IMG/VR virus record: IMGVR_UViG_3300032516_000004
Location: 113,942 to 177,941 of that record
Strand: one strand, 5' to 3'
DNA length: 64,000 nt
From: a virus
Shown here piece after piece: positions 28,566 to 39,113 of the stretch (its first letter is position 1; each line of letters opens with the position of its first letter). A program made the position numbers and the translations under genes. The notes below the pieces were generated by a model. It saw only the letters and a list, made by a program, of their open reading frames with translations, was not told the origin of the DNA and did no database searches.

Positions 28566-29356
28566 TGGGCGGCTGGTTAAACCACCCAACACTTAAGGTT
28601 GTAATGAGTCGAGAAGCACGACAGCTACGTGATGCTGTCGTGGATAAATCCATAGAGTGCGGTACTAGTGGCATGCTGCCAGCAGACATGAAAAAATTTA
28701 TTGACACGTTCATGGCGGCATATAACCCAATGGTTTGGGAATGTCCTGTAATGTACGCACATGTTTCTGAGATCTGGAATGCGTTTCTACGTATGACATC
28801 TGCCGCATATAAGGACCAACAAAAAGCGGGTCGAGAGACTAGAGGTAATGTGACGGGGATACGCAGGAAGGACATAGATTGGCTTTCTATAATAATATCG
28901 TTTCCAGATACGTGGTGGATGTCGTCTGTTCAAGAAAAACGTAAAGGAAGTATTGCTCTGTGTAACCTTGATGGGGTTCTGAAACCATTCGAAGATATGT
29001 ATCGATTATATACTAACTGGTTAATAGCTGACTTTAGCGTTAAGACCTTGTTTGGAATATTTGATGTATCTAAGAGGTATTCTATTGAAATAGTCAAAGA
29101 GTGTATGGATGCAGTAGATAATGTTCGTAATAGGTCATTTGAATATTTAATGGCCATTATTGATAGAGAATTTGCGGCTAGACAGATTGAAATGATGCAG
29201 AATAAAGAGTTACTAGATAAGTCGAAAGACATATTAAATGCTGTAATAGATATGGCACGTAGTAAGTCTGAACATATAGATTGGGAGTTTATTGAGAAAG
29301 ACACCAGCACTATTAAAGAAAATGAAGATGAGTTTGATAAAATCAAATTAACATGA
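28565..29356 (+). CDS. Hypothetical replication-associated protein
   Basis: 263 aa, coupled directly to the primase-helicase. Confidence 0.5.
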   Translation: MGGWLNHPTLKVVMSREARQLRDAVVDKSIECGTSGMLPADMKKFIDTFMAAYNPMVWECPVMYAHVSEIWNAFLRMTSAAYKDQQKAGRETRGNVTGIRRKDIDWLSIIISFPDTWWMSSVQEKRKGSIALCNLDGVLKPFEDMYRLYTNWLIADFSVKTLFGIFDVSKRYSIEIVKECMDAVDNVRNRSFEYLMAIIDREFAARQIEMMQNKELLDKSKDILNAVIDMARSKSEHIDWEFIEKDTSTIKENEDEFDKIKLT

Positions 29357-31995
29357 AAAAATTAGCTAATGCAACCGCCGCTAAAGAATATCTACGTGAG
29401 CGAGTTGATATATTACAGCTCATAAGAGAAGATGTCGGGGATAAAGAATGGAAACAAGAGGGTAGTGATGTATGGGTAACTACGTCACCGTTTAGAGAAG
29501 AATCACACCCATCGTTTAAGGTTAGTCTTAGGACAAAGAAATTTAAAGATTGGGGTGGTGAGCAACATAGTGGAGATATTTTCGCGTGGGTAATGCTTAA
29601 TCAGTGTTATAGATTTGAAGAATCAATTATATATCTAGCTGATCGGTTTAAAATAGATATTACTCAGTTTCTTAGAGACCCAACACCAGAAGAGGTGCAG
29701 CAATATCGATATAAACAGATTAATACCATAGCAGCTGATTTTATGCAGCAGCTTCTTAGAGAAAACGCTGTAATTCGTGATAATTATCTGTCTCGATCTG
29801 GATTTACTTGGGATCAAATTGTACCGTATCAGATAGGGTATAGCCCGACTAAAGACCTATTAATTAGTCATGTTAGCGGCAAAATTCGTCTTACAGAAGA
29901 CGATGTATATAAATTAGAATTTAATAGAGATGATGTGTTTACGGATGCTTTAGTATATCCGGTTCACAATCATTCTGGTGAGGTTGTATACTTTAGATCT
30001 CAAAAGCTGAATCCACCAGGCTCACCGCGTATTGGGTGTAGATCAACTCACCCGCTATTTGATTTAAGCATATTATATGGTTTTCATGAGGCTAAAAAGG
30101 ACATTCGTAAAAATAACGGTAGATTGGTTATAGTTGAAGGAGAACGAGACGCGATTGCCCTAAGAGCAGCTGCCGTTATGGGTAGTGAACTATCTGACAA
30201 ACAAATAACTGAACTTAATAAATATAAAGTCACACAGTTAGTTATCTGTTATGATGGTGATGAGACTGGTTGGAAGAAAACGCTAAAGATGATTAGCGCC
30301 CCGCAGGATCATGGGAATATGCTGGTCCTAGTGGCGCGTCCAGATGCCGATAAAGATCCACACGATGTGTGGAAAGAAGGTGGTGACGAAGCAGTATATA
30401 GAATGCTAAGTAAGGCGGTCTTACCTATCGAGCATTATATTACCACTACATTTGGTGATCCTGGAACACTTAGTCTTGCTGAAAAATATAAGTTGCTTAG
30501 CACATTAAAGGAATATCTTAACCAGATTTCGGGTGTACGTCTTGATATGGTGGCTGCTTATCTAGCCAAAATGTTAGAGAGTACGCAGGCTAGTGTTCTC
30601 GATTATGTTTCAGAAATTAAAGCGAGTTACAGTCAATTATTTAATTTAGAGGCTGAACGAACGTTAATTCATTATGTGGTCAGTAATTCGGTGTCGTATA
30701 ATGCGGCTGTTGCAGCTAGTATTAGGAAGGAAGCATTTACATTATCAGGATATCAAAAATTATTTGAAGCATGTGGTTTTGCGTATAAGAAATTTGCTGA
30801 TAAGTATACAACACAGGCTGTTCTTGATGAAGCGATGGCCTACTTTGCCGCACCAGACTTACCGGTCATATTACAAACAGTCATGGAGGGTGAATACAAA
30901 TACACTGAAGGCGCAGCAGTAGACATAGTTCTTGATATGTGGAGGCGTAGAAGGGCATCAGAACAGGCAAAACGACTAATATTGTCGTCGCGTGACCTAG
31001 CGGCCTCATTTGTTGAGATAGTTAATGAACATAGAAGAACATTGGTTGATGCCGTTTCTAGTAGTCGCCCACAAGCTAGAACTCCAAGAGAACTGGCCAA
31101 TGAATTTTGGGATACACTTAAAGATAGACAACAAGCTGGTGGTAATTTAATAATTGGCTATGATTTTTATTCGTTACCGTCAATTAATCTTATTCTCGGT
31201 GGCGTACAAAACGGGCACTATACTGTGGTTGCTGGCGATACAGGATCTGGTAAATCTGCTTTTGGTATGAATGCTGTGAAATGCGTTGCTATTGATGCTG
31301 GTGTGCCAACACTATGGATTGGTCAAGAGATGCAAAGCGTTGAGAATACTCAACGTCTTATTTCGATAATGACCGGTATACACAATAGCAGGATTCAATC
31401 TGGTGGTATTACCCAAGCACAAGCAAAAATAGTTGCAGAGGCAAAAGAGAAGATTGCTAGTTCAGGGTATTATTTTGCTAAGCCACGTGATGGAACGATT
31501 GACGAAATATTAGCTATTATAGATGAATATCGATTTAAGTATGGGATCAAAGTAGTGTTTTGGGATTATATTCAACTTGTATCACAGTCGTCCTATCAAA
31601 ATAAGGTGGCACGAGAACAAGTAATTGGTAATGCATCTAAGATAATTAAAAATCGAGTTACTGAGGATATGGGGCTTGCAGCGATTATTATCGCGCAACA
31701 AAATCGCGATTTAAATAACAATGCTAAAACGACACAGCGTATTGGTGGTTCTTATCAGATTGCACAAGATTGTGATAATTTTATTGAGATCATGACTAAA
31801 ACAAAGAAACAACTGATTGAAGATGGTGCCCATAATGGTAATCGATATATAAAAGTTGGTAAACGTCGTGGGGGCATTTCTGATTACATGGTGCATGCGT
31901 TTTTGGATACTGATGAACGTAGCGCATCACTTAGATTAATAGAGATGACTAAACCGAGTGAACAGGCAGAATTATACGCTAGACTATCAACATGA
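29353..31995 (+). CDS. Fused DnaG-like primase / DnaB-like helicase
   Basis: VEGERD Toprim, YDGDETG, KDPHD; helicase AGDTGSGKS, WDYIQL, AQQNR. Confidence 0.9.
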   Translation: MKKLANATAAKEYLRERVDILQLIREDVGDKEWKQEGSDVWVTTSPFREESHPSFKVSLRTKKFKDWGGEQHSGDIFAWVMLNQCYRFEESIIYLADRFKIDITQFLRDPTPEEVQQYRYKQINTIAADFMQQLLRENAVIRDNYLSRSGFTWDQIVPYQIGYSPTKDLLISHVSGKIRLTEDDVYKLEFNRDDVFTDALVYPVHNHSGEVVYFRSQKLNPPGSPRIGCRSTHPLFDLSILYGFHEAKKDIRKNNGRLVIVEGERDAIALRAAAVMGSELSDKQITELNKYKVTQLVICYDGDETGWKKTLKMISAPQDHGNMLVLVARPDADKDPHDVWKEGGDEAVYRMLSKAVLPIEHYITTTFGDPGTLSLAEKYKLLSTLKEYLNQISGVRLDMVAAYLAKMLESTQASVLDYVSEIKASYSQLFNLEAERTLIHYVVSNSVSYNAAVAASIRKEAFTLSGYQKLFEACGFAYKKFADKYTTQAVLDEAMAYFAAPDLPVILQTVMEGEYKYTEGAAVDIVLDMWRRRRASEQAKRLILSSRDLAASFVEIVNEHRRTLVDAVSSSRPQARTPRELANEFWDTLKDRQQAGGNLIIGYDFYSLPSINLILGGVQNGHYTVVAGDTGSGKSAFGMNAVKCVAIDAGVPTLWIGQEMQSVENTQRLISIMTGIHNSRIQSGGITQAQAKIVAEAKEKIASSGYYFAKPRDGTIDEILAIIDEYRFKYGIKVVFWDYIQLVSQSSYQNKVAREQVIGNASKIIKNRVTEDMGLAAIIIAQQNRDLNNNAKTTQRIGGSYQIAQDCDNFIEIMTKTKKQLIEDGAHNGNRYIKVGKRRGGISDYMVHAFLDTDERSASLRLIEMTKPSEQAELYARLST

Positions 31996-32121
31996 CAATA
32001 AATGAAGCATTATTTGAGTTTTGGGATCATAAGAACATTGTGGTATTTACGTTCTTGCTCTTACTTGGTGTGACGGTTGTTGCAGCAATAATTAAAGAAT
32101 ATACAAAAAACGAGTAATTAA

Positions 32122-32718
32122 ATGGTGAGATATCAAAACTTATTAAAACCTCTTAGTGGTCGTTGTGTGTGGGTATTCGGTCTACCATGCTCTGGTAAGA
32201 GTACTGTAATTCAAGCACTGATCGACTCGAGTAGAGAAATTTTGGCTAGAATTAGTAGTGGTGATATAGCCCGCAGATTATCCACAACCGTAGAAACTCA
32301 ACATATGGCTGAAGGTAATTTGTTTCCACACGAACAACCTTTACGTGAGGAAATATTAAATACCATTAATAAGCGTAAAGCTTCGGGTAGCGAAATTGTA
32401 TTTATTGATGGATTTCCAAGAACTCCAGAACAAGTAAAATGGTGTGCAGATAATCAGTTGGCGGGAACTATCATGGAGGGGTGCTTCGTTCAAATATTTT
32501 CTGATGGTGACACGTTGGTTACACGTGCCAAGCATCGTATGAGGGATGATCAGGATAAATTTGAAGCGCTAATAAAAAAGATTAATACACAACAACAATT
32601 GATTTATAAGTTAGACAAAACACTGCTAGAATATGGGTTTCCGTATTATACTGTTGTAAATCAAGACATTACATTAGCAGTTAAACAGCTAGCTAAATTT
32701 GTGGGGCTTAAGAAATGA
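32122..32718 (+). CDS. Adenylate-kinase-like nucleoside monophosphate kinase
   Basis: GLPCSGKS P-loop, ISSGDIAR, FIDGFPRT. Confidence 0.85.
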   Translation: MVRYQNLLKPLSGRCVWVFGLPCSGKSTVIQALIDSSREILARISSGDIARRLSTTVETQHMAEGNLFPHEQPLREEILNTINKRKASGSEIVFIDGFPRTPEQVKWCADNQLAGTIMEGCFVQIFSDGDTLVTRAKHRMRDDQDKFEALIKKINTQQQLIYKLDKTLLEYGFPYYTVVNQDITLAVKQLAKFVGLKK

Positions 32719-32936
32719 GTCGGTTTGTTTATGGAAATGACGATAATGTCTACATTGATCATGACGGGATCAAATTTGAGACTAAAAAGGGAGTAGATGA
32801 TGAGGGGGCCATTTTATTTTCAATTAAAGGTCAGGACGTTTGGATTCCTAAGAAGCTAATTGAAGATTATAATGATGACCTCGTGGCAGTTAAACGATGG
32901 TGGGCTGATAAGAATGGTTTTAAGGGAGACTGGTAG
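32715..32936 (+). CDS. Hypothetical protein
   Basis: 73 aa; WIPK motif. Confidence 0.5.
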   Translation: MSRFVYGNDDNVYIDHDGIKFETKKGVDDEGAILFSIKGQDVWIPKKLIEDYNDDLVAVKRWWADKNGFKGDW

Positions 32937-32937
32937 C

Positions 32938-33327
32938 ATGCCAAATTGTGAAAAGTGTGGTATAGATATGTTGTTAGCTCCTGGTTCAATAGCTGATTTT
33001 TATTGTCCTATTTGTAGTGTTACTAATAAAATGTCGGTTACAGTTCAAGAAACAATCGGTGCTTCTGTAAGAGATTATAGCTGCGTTTTATGTGAGTGTC
33101 AAGAAGCTAAACATGTGTTGAAACCATTAGTTGATATTGCGGACGCTTACGATGAGAACGCATTGGATGATGAGGCTCGTAAGATTTGGGGAAAGAATGA
33201 CGAGCATTACAATACAACTCCGTCAGACGACATTATTTTATATTCGGGTCGCGGTGGCAAAACGTTGTTAACACTTGGTGATTGTTTGAGGGCTAGAGAA
33301 GTATATAATAGAAAGGAAAGATTATGA
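32938..33327 (+). CDS. Hypothetical Zn-ribbon protein
   Basis: Start moved to ATG 32938; CEKC...CPIC. Confidence 0.45.
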   Translation: MPNCEKCGIDMLLAPGSIADFYCPICSVTNKMSVTVQETIGASVRDYSCVLCECQEAKHVLKPLVDIADAYDENALDDEARKIWGKNDEHYNTTPSDDIILYSGRGGKTLLTLGDCLRAREVYNRKERL

Positions 33328-33569
33328 AAATTTCATTAGGTGATACAGTAATAGATACGATTACTGGATTTAAAGGTAGAGTTACCGGACGCGCAGAATA
33401 CATTTCAGGATGCATACAATATTCTGTTACCCCACCCGTTAATAAGGATGGTGAAATGTCTGATTCTAATTGGATTGACGAACAGAGGATTGAAATTCTT
33501 GAGTCTAAACAAGTAGTGGGTAGGCCAACTGGTGGCCCACAAGCTGATGCCCCTAAAAATGTTCGGTAG
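33324..33569 (+). CDS. Hypothetical conserved phage protein
   Basis: LGDTVIDTITGFKGRVTGRAEYISGC. Confidence 0.6.
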   Translation: MKISLGDTVIDTITGFKGRVTGRAEYISGCIQYSVTPPVNKDGEMSDSNWIDEQRIEILESKQVVGRPTGGPQADAPKNVR

Positions 33570-33616
33570 TGGTTTTAAGTGTGTGCCTGATATTGAAAAG
33601 ACAATAGGAAATAATT

Positions 33617-33820
33617 ATGTCATTTAAAGAAACGTATAATGATATTATATGCAATCGTAAGAAGTTGTCGATAACCATAGATGTTGTAAGTCTTATGTTT
33701 TTTATAACATTCATGTGGTATGTGTGGGTAGCCAGTTCAACGATTGAAAGATTACTTGCCTTAATTGGTATGTTTTTAGTGCTTAGGGGAAATAATTACG
33801 CACATGAAGGAAAATTTTAA
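33617..33820 (+). CDS. Small membrane protein
   Basis: Two hydrophobic stretches. Confidence 0.5.
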   Translation: MSFKETYNDIICNRKKLSITIDVVSLMFFITFMWYVWVASSTIERLLALIGMFLVLRGNNYAHEGKF

Positions 33821-33884
33821 GCTTAGAATGATGAATACATAGTTGTGAGCAAACCATAGGAATTATGAAAACAGCGGTGGAATC

Positions 33885-34499
33885 ATGAGAATATATTTAG
33901 CAGGCCCCATTGATATGGTGGTAGATCGTGGTGCTGATTGGCGAGACACACTTAAGAAGAACATGAATGGAAATAAGAGTGTTGTGTTCTTTGATCCTGT
34001 AGTGCCATACCATTTTAATGGTATTACACCATCAATTTCTGCCTACATACATGACATAAATATGTTTGCTCTATATGAGTCTGATGTGGTGGTGGCTAGA
34101 ATTATGAAGGATCAGGTTTCTATAGGAACCCCCATAGAATTATATGAGGCTATTAAGAAGAATAAGCCTATTATTCTAATTACTGACATGGACACGTCGG
34201 TGTATATGAATTATATTGGCAGCAGGTCCATTAAAGTTGATAATGTTTATGACGTGGGCACTAAAATCGTAGAACTACAAAGAACCTGTAAATGTGGTGG
34301 CATGGATGCTCCAGACGGGACGCAGCATCAATGTATCCTCAAGAAAATTGATGAAGATTCTTCACGACTCTTAAAGCAACTAGAAAAACCTGGCAGCAAT
34401 TTAAGTGGAGAATTAATGAAGGACGATTATGGTAATCTGGTACCAGTAAGTTTACGAAAACTGAAGTTCGTGGGTGATAAGAAGGAAGACGAAGAATGA
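33885..34499 (+). CDS. Nucleoside 2-deoxyribosyltransferase-like / nucleotide N-glycosidase
   Basis: IYLAGPI, D...L..SDVVVA, SIGTPIEL (catalytic Glu). Confidence 0.75.
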   Translation: MRIYLAGPIDMVVDRGADWRDTLKKNMNGNKSVVFFDPVVPYHFNGITPSISAYIHDINMFALYESDVVVARIMKDQVSIGTPIELYEAIKKNKPIILITDMDTSVYMNYIGSRSIKVDNVYDVGTKIVELQRTCKCGGMDAPDGTQHQCILKKIDEDSSRLLKQLEKPGSNLSGELMKDDYGNLVPVSLRKLKFVGDKKEDEE

Positions 34500-35008
34500 T
34501 TCCAGAACTGCAACACACACGATACTTTTTGTGTCCGTCGTGTAATCAGTATAAGTTTGAAGTAGAGCATTTGATGGGCAATAATACTTCGTTTGGGCCA
34601 TGGTATTGTGAGACAGATCGTTGCGATTGTGTGGTTCGAGGTCAGGTGCAAGATGGGAAAGTTACCGTTGAACAATCAGAACGAGATGGAAATCAATACT
34701 CCACGCTATCTTTATTGAAATTTAGAGATATTTATTTAGTGGTTAAACATAGTGTAATTGGCGACCAAAATGGACATATTGATCATTGGGATTATTTCTT
34801 CCATAGTCATCAGTGTCCCAGTAATTTATTCAGAACAGTAACTCACGTATTTGATAATCAAGAGAGTGATCCACATGGAATTGTGAGGTTTGTGGCCAGT
34901 ATACCAGGAACAGATACTAATCACAGTAAAATAGATGAGACATACACTACCAATGATTTGTTAGTATTATTCAAAACCAATGGGGAACTACCGCCTAGTG
35001 AGTGGTAA
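34496..35008 (+). CDS. Hypothetical protein with CxxC
   Basis: 170 aa; CPSC. Confidence 0.5.
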   Translation: MIPELQHTRYFLCPSCNQYKFEVEHLMGNNTSFGPWYCETDRCDCVVRGQVQDGKVTVEQSERDGNQYSTLSLLKFRDIYLVVKHSVIGDQNGHIDHWDYFFHSHQCPSNLFRTVTHVFDNQESDPHGIVRFVASIPGTDTNHSKIDETYTTNDLLVLFKTNGELPPSEW

Positions 35009-35075
35009 CCTGAAAATAAAGGTGTACTTGATTGGATCGCTAATCTCCGTAGAAATTCGAAAACCAGAGAAAATA

Positions 35076-35573
35076 ATGAATAAGATTGTATTTTGGTTAT
35101 TTGGTGTATTGCCACGCATTCTATTTAGAGAATTGAAAATCAAGGTAGATCCTAGATGTCCAAATAGGCAACCAATTTTGCCCCCAGCTAAACCAGGTGA
35201 TGTTGGTATGGACATGGTTTGCTGGGTTGACGATATTAATTGTAAGATATCTGTTCCACCACATAAAATGGTGAATGTACCAATAGGTGCCAGCATTAAG
35301 CTACCACCAAATACTTGGGGCTCTATTAGATCAAGATCTAGCACATTTGCCAAACGAGAACTGTTTGTAATGGACGGCACTATAGATGAAGCGTATGTTG
35401 GCCCATTGTTCATTTACGTGTGGAACCCAGGGTCAAAAGCACATGAAATTTCAAATGGTGAACGGTTAGCTCAGTTGATAATCATGCCGAGGATTGTTCC
35501 AAAACTTAAATATGTGGATGAACTTCCTGTAACAGAACGAGCAGAAACCGGGTTTGGATCGACAGGATATTAA
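35076..35573 (+). CDS. dut: Trimeric dUTPase
   Basis: GDVGMD, RSRSS, GTIDEAYVG, ERLAQ, ERAETGFGSTG. Start uncertain (34980 or 35076). Confidence 0.9.
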   Translation: MNKIVFWLFGVLPRILFRELKIKVDPRCPNRQPILPPAKPGDVGMDMVCWVDDINCKISVPPHKMVNVPIGASIKLPPNTWGSIRSRSSTFAKRELFVMDGTIDEAYVGPLFIYVWNPGSKAHEISNGERLAQLIIMPRIVPKLKYVDELPVTERAETGFGSTGY

Positions 35574-36009
35574 TATGCGTAAATCACGAACACGTAAAAA
35601 GTGTAAGAGTGCAATCAAGAAACTTACTTCTGTGTTTGAGAAACCCGTTGAATCACTTTCTGAGATAGCAGTGTGGGAGATCCAAGAAGAGGAAGATAGG
35701 CGGTGTCTTGATTTATTGTGTAGAAGGGTTACCGAAATGAAAGCAAAACACGATGTAAAGGAAGGGCGATTGTTAACTACAAAAGATGTTGAAATGGTAG
35801 ATCATCCGGCTCATTATGGGGGTGCCGATAATCCATATGAGGCCATCAAGGTAATTGAAGCGTGGGGTCTTGGATTTCATCTCGGGTCGGCGGTGAAGTA
35901 TATTTCACGTCTCAATAAAAAGGCCGGGAATTCAGGGTTACAAGACGCCCGTAAGTGTTTGTGGTATATTAAGCGATATGTTGAACTACTTGAGAAAAAG
36001 AACGCGTGA
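35554..36009 (+). CDS. DUF3310-like protein
   Basis: VDHPAHYGG...EAIKVIEAW...GSAVKYISR...K..WY. Confidence 0.75.
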   Translation: MDRQDINMRKSRTRKKCKSAIKKLTSVFEKPVESLSEIAVWEIQEEEDRRCLDLLCRRVTEMKAKHDVKEGRLLTTKDVEMVDHPAHYGGADNPYEAIKVIEAWGLGFHLGSAVKYISRLNKKAGNSGLQDARKCLWYIKRYVELLEKKNA

Positions 36010-36344
36010 TTGTTATTCCATTATATGATTCTACTGGTGAATATGGATATACCACCAATTTTAATTCTACGAGTACCGGTACTGACTATATAGTTCCAAT
36101 TCGTCGTGGTTCAATCTCGTGCACTTATGCGGCAGACGAGCCAAGACCAGAACCTAGTCGTGACGCCAAATGGGAGGCTTACCTAGCTAAGCGAGCCCTG
36201 TCTATTGCTGGTCAAAATAAATGTTTGGCACAACATAATGATTTTCGATATCGAGCAAATTATACTCCGGAATGTAAACGATATTTTAGACTAGGACGTT
36301 CGCCAGCAAACACCGGAGTACAATATCGAGCAGGTAAACAATGA
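36006..36344 (+). CDS. Hypothetical protein
   Basis: 112-aa coupled ORF. Confidence 0.4.
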   Translation: MIVIPLYDSTGEYGYTTNFNSTSTGTDYIVPIRRGSISCTYAADEPRPEPSRDAKWEAYLAKRALSIAGQNKCLAQHNDFRYRANYTPECKRYFRLGRSPANTGVQYRAGKQ

Positions 36345-36646
36345 GTAGAGTTCATTATAATATTGAATGTAATGGTGTTTTTCCAACTTTGGTTGATGAG
36401 GCCAAATGTATACGATGTAGGAAAATTAGGAATAAAAAAGTTATCCTTCAACCCCAGGAATTCGACGTTGAAGTGGCGGGCAAAAATGGGATTCGTGTAC
36501 GTGGCACAAGTTCACACGATTGTATGATTGAGTTCAAAGATGGTGACGAGTGGAAACCATTGAAATACGTACAGAGCCTCACAATTGAATTAAACGTAGA
36601 TAATCCGCTCCCTAAAATTAAAATCGGGTATATTGTGGTGTCATAA
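36341..36646 (+). CDS. Hypothetical protein
   Basis: 101-aa coupled ORF. Confidence 0.5.
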   Translation: MSRVHYNIECNGVFPTLVDEAKCIRCRKIRNKKVILQPQEFDVEVAGKNGIRVRGTSSHDCMIEFKDGDEWKPLKYVQSLTIELNVDNPLPKIKIGYIVVS

Positions 36647-36942
36647 TGAATGAACCAGTGATAGACGATGTTCCGATGAAAGAATTTCTAGAACATGTTA
36701 AGTATGTGTATCAGAATAGTATTTGTAAATATTCTGCGTCAGATAGAACTTATGAGTCTGAGTTATTTTATGTGTTGATTCCACAAATGATTAAGAGGCT
36801 GGGACAGGCGGCTGATCTTAGTTGTGTACCACGAGAAATATTACAAAGAATAGATAGGTTAGAAGCAGTAACCATGCTTATGAAATCTGGAGTTGAAGCA
36901 GCGGTTCGATCGGCTGGATTAGAATACAAGGAAACTAAGTGA
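36646..36942 (+). CDS. Hypothetical protein
   Basis: 98-aa coupled ORF. Confidence 0.5.
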   Translation: MNEPVIDDVPMKEFLEHVKYVYQNSICKYSASDRTYESELFYVLIPQMIKRLGQAADLSCVPREILQRIDRLEAVTMLMKSGVEAAVRSAGLEYKETK

Positions 36943-37166
36943 AATTTCCATTATGCTCAGAAGTGTGTTCAGATTGTAAATCTGGTAATCATATATTTCA
37001 TGTCTTGAATGAGCTTGGTGACATGTGGGCGGAGAAAGTAACCATCAGTGTTGATGGTGAAACCCGTGAAGTAATAAGAATTTTTGGTCATGCAGAAGAT
37101 GAATTGTGGTTTGAAGATCTACTCAAAATGGTTACATATATAATGACTAAAGATAGGGCACCATAA
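36939..37166 (+). CDS. Hypothetical protein
   Basis: 75-aa ORF. Confidence 0.45.
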   Translation: MKFPLCSEVCSDCKSGNHIFHVLNELGDMWAEKVTISVDGETREVIRIFGHAEDELWFEDLLKMVTYIMTKDRAP

Positions 37167-37296
37167 TGTTTTATCAAGAATTCGAACGTAATAGACAGGA
37201 ATTTGTTAAGTATTTAGAAAAACTTCGTGAACACATATTTAGTTTAATAGAGAAGCACAATGTGATAACAAGAGGTTTGCGTAAGGACATTAAATA

Positions 37297-37725
37297 ATGT
37301 TTACTAGAAGACCAGTTAGATGTTTACTTGAGTCAAATGGTGATATCCACGTAATATTTGATGATAATGGTGAACACTTGATTCTTGATTTATTAACTTC
37401 TGGTTTATCAGTAGGAAGACACGGTGGAACTGGTAATCCAAATGATTTCAGTGTTTATTTCAATGACAATGTGGTACCACCATTACAAGTAGGTGAAATA
37501 ATATGGTGTTTTTGTATTGGATGTGGCATGGATCATTTGGGTTGGCCTGGTGAGTGTACTTGTGGTAATAAAACATATGAAAAACTTGGAACCATGCAAG
37601 GCGCAAAATGGCGTCACATCAGGTTTGGTAATAATTTTAAACATAAAGCTGTTAATTGGATTTGGAATAAAGCTGAATATGAAGAAGCTGTTAGAAAATT
37701 AAATAAGTTATTGTGGGGGATATAA
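37297..37725 (+). CDS. Hypothetical protein
   Basis: 142 aa; CIGC...CTC. Confidence 0.5.
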   Translation: MFTRRPVRCLLESNGDIHVIFDDNGEHLILDLLTSGLSVGRHGGTGNPNDFSVYFNDNVVPPLQVGEIIWCFCIGCGMDHLGWPGECTCGNKTYEKLGTMQGAKWRHIRFGNNFKHKAVNWIWNKAEYEEAVRKLNKLLWGI

Positions 37726-37727
37726 TA

Positions 37728-38396
37728 ATGAAGATAGTCGCGACATCATATGTGGTTGAGGATCCAGATCACGGGACTAATGGTATGGATTTATTGCGTC
37801 GGATTGAACGTTCTGGTAGAACCTGCTATAAGAGTGAAGAGCAAAATTCTCGTATTGGCTATATGGCGGGTGGATGGGATCCCGAGAAAACCAAAAAATT
37901 TGTGAAAATGTTAATTGAACGTAGTCATGAGTCGGTGCTCGAGCATGAAAAACTTACGGTGCGTATTATATTTGACCGTGGCTGCTCGCATGAGTTAGTC
38001 AGACATCGAATTGCAAGCTTTAGTCAAGAAAGTACTCGATATTGTAATTATTCAAAGGACAAATTTGGTAACGAAGTAACATTTATTGATCTACGACATC
38101 TTTTGAAGAATCCAAAATCCGCTGATGTGTGGCTGCGAGCACTTAAACAATCGGAAGAGAATTATTTGGAGATGTTGGATCTTGGTGAATCTCCACAGAT
38201 AGCTCGATCTGTGTTAGTAAATAGTCTGAAAACGGAACTTGTAATTACAGGAAATATTAGAGAATGGCGGCTAATATTTAAACAACGTACATCAAGTGCA
38301 GCCCACCCACAGATGCGTGAAATTATGATTCCGTTACTTAAAGAATTGCAACAACGTATTCCAATAGTCTTTGACGACATAAAAGAAAATGCCTAG
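37728..38396 (+). CDS. thyX: Flavin-dependent thymidylate synthase
   Basis: HESVLEH and RHRIASFSQESTRY (ThyX motif). Confidence 0.95.
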   Translation: MKIVATSYVVEDPDHGTNGMDLLRRIERSGRTCYKSEEQNSRIGYMAGGWDPEKTKKFVKMLIERSHESVLEHEKLTVRIIFDRGCSHELVRHRIASFSQESTRYCNYSKDKFGNEVTFIDLRHLLKNPKSADVWLRALKQSEENYLEMLDLGESPQIARSVLVNSLKTELVITGNIREWRLIFKQRTSSAAHPQMREIMIPLLKELQQRIPIVFDDIKENA

Positions 38397-38580
38397 ATTA
38401 ATTACAATATTCTTATTTTTGGTGTCGTGTGCGGCACCAAATCAAAATCAAGGAGTCTGTCTTTATGGTGACTTTATCCCCTATTATGAATTGGTGGGGC
38501 CGGTCCAAGATCCTATTAAAGAAGTGATGCAGAGGGCTGAAGTAATTAAATGTGTTGACGGGAAGATCTCGCAGAAGTAA
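38389..38580 (+). CDS. Small putative lipoprotein
   Basis: Hydrophobic signal with lipobox LVSC. Confidence 0.5.
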   Translation: MPRLITIFLFLVSCAAPNQNQGVCLYGDFIPYYELVGPVQDPIKEVMQRAEVIKCVDGKISQK

Positions 38581-38583
38581 AAT

Positions 38584-38772
38584 ATGATTTCCATGCCAAT
38601 TACGGCTGACATATTATTAGCATTACTCGCAAAAATAGTGGCAAGATATCCTAACGCAGAAGTCAAGTCTGTCATTATATGGCCTAATCACTGGCTTATG
38701 TTTGTGGTTAATAATGAAATAGTCGCTAAATTATGCGTTGAAACTGGCGAGATAAAATGGTCCGTAAAATAA
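38584..38772 (+). CDS. Hypothetical protein
   Basis: 62-aa ORF. Confidence 0.4.
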   Translation: MISMPITADILLALLAKIVARYPNAEVKSVIIWPNHWLMFVVNNEIVAKLCVETGEIKWSVK

Positions 38773-39113
38773 CATTGACCAAACAACAATTTAAATTGGC
38801 CCGTCGTTTACGAGGTCGAGTTAGCAGTCAAATAAGACGTATCACCAAAGGTAAATGTAAAGCTGGCTCTGCGGTTAGTGACCTCGGGTGCTCTCTTAAG
38901 TTTCTCAAAGAATACCTCGAAAAACAATTCCAACCTGGCATGATTTGGGAAAACCATGGTTTATATGGATGGCATATAGATCATATTAAACCATTAGTCG
39001 ATTTTGATCTTACTGACAGAGAGCAATTCTTACAGGCTTGCCACTATACAAACTTGCAGCCATTGTGGGCCAAGGATAACACGAGTAAGTGGATTCGACA
39101 TGTCAAAAAATAA
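38757..39113 (+). CDS. HNH-type homing endonuclease
   Basis: WHIDHIKPL...CHYTNLQPLWAKDN. Confidence 0.8.
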   Translation: MVRKITLTKQQFKLARRLRGRVSSQIRRITKGKCKAGSAVSDLGCSLKFLKEYLEKQFQPGMIWENHGLYGWHIDHIKPLVDFDLTDREQFLQACHYTNLQPLWAKDNTSKWIRHVKK

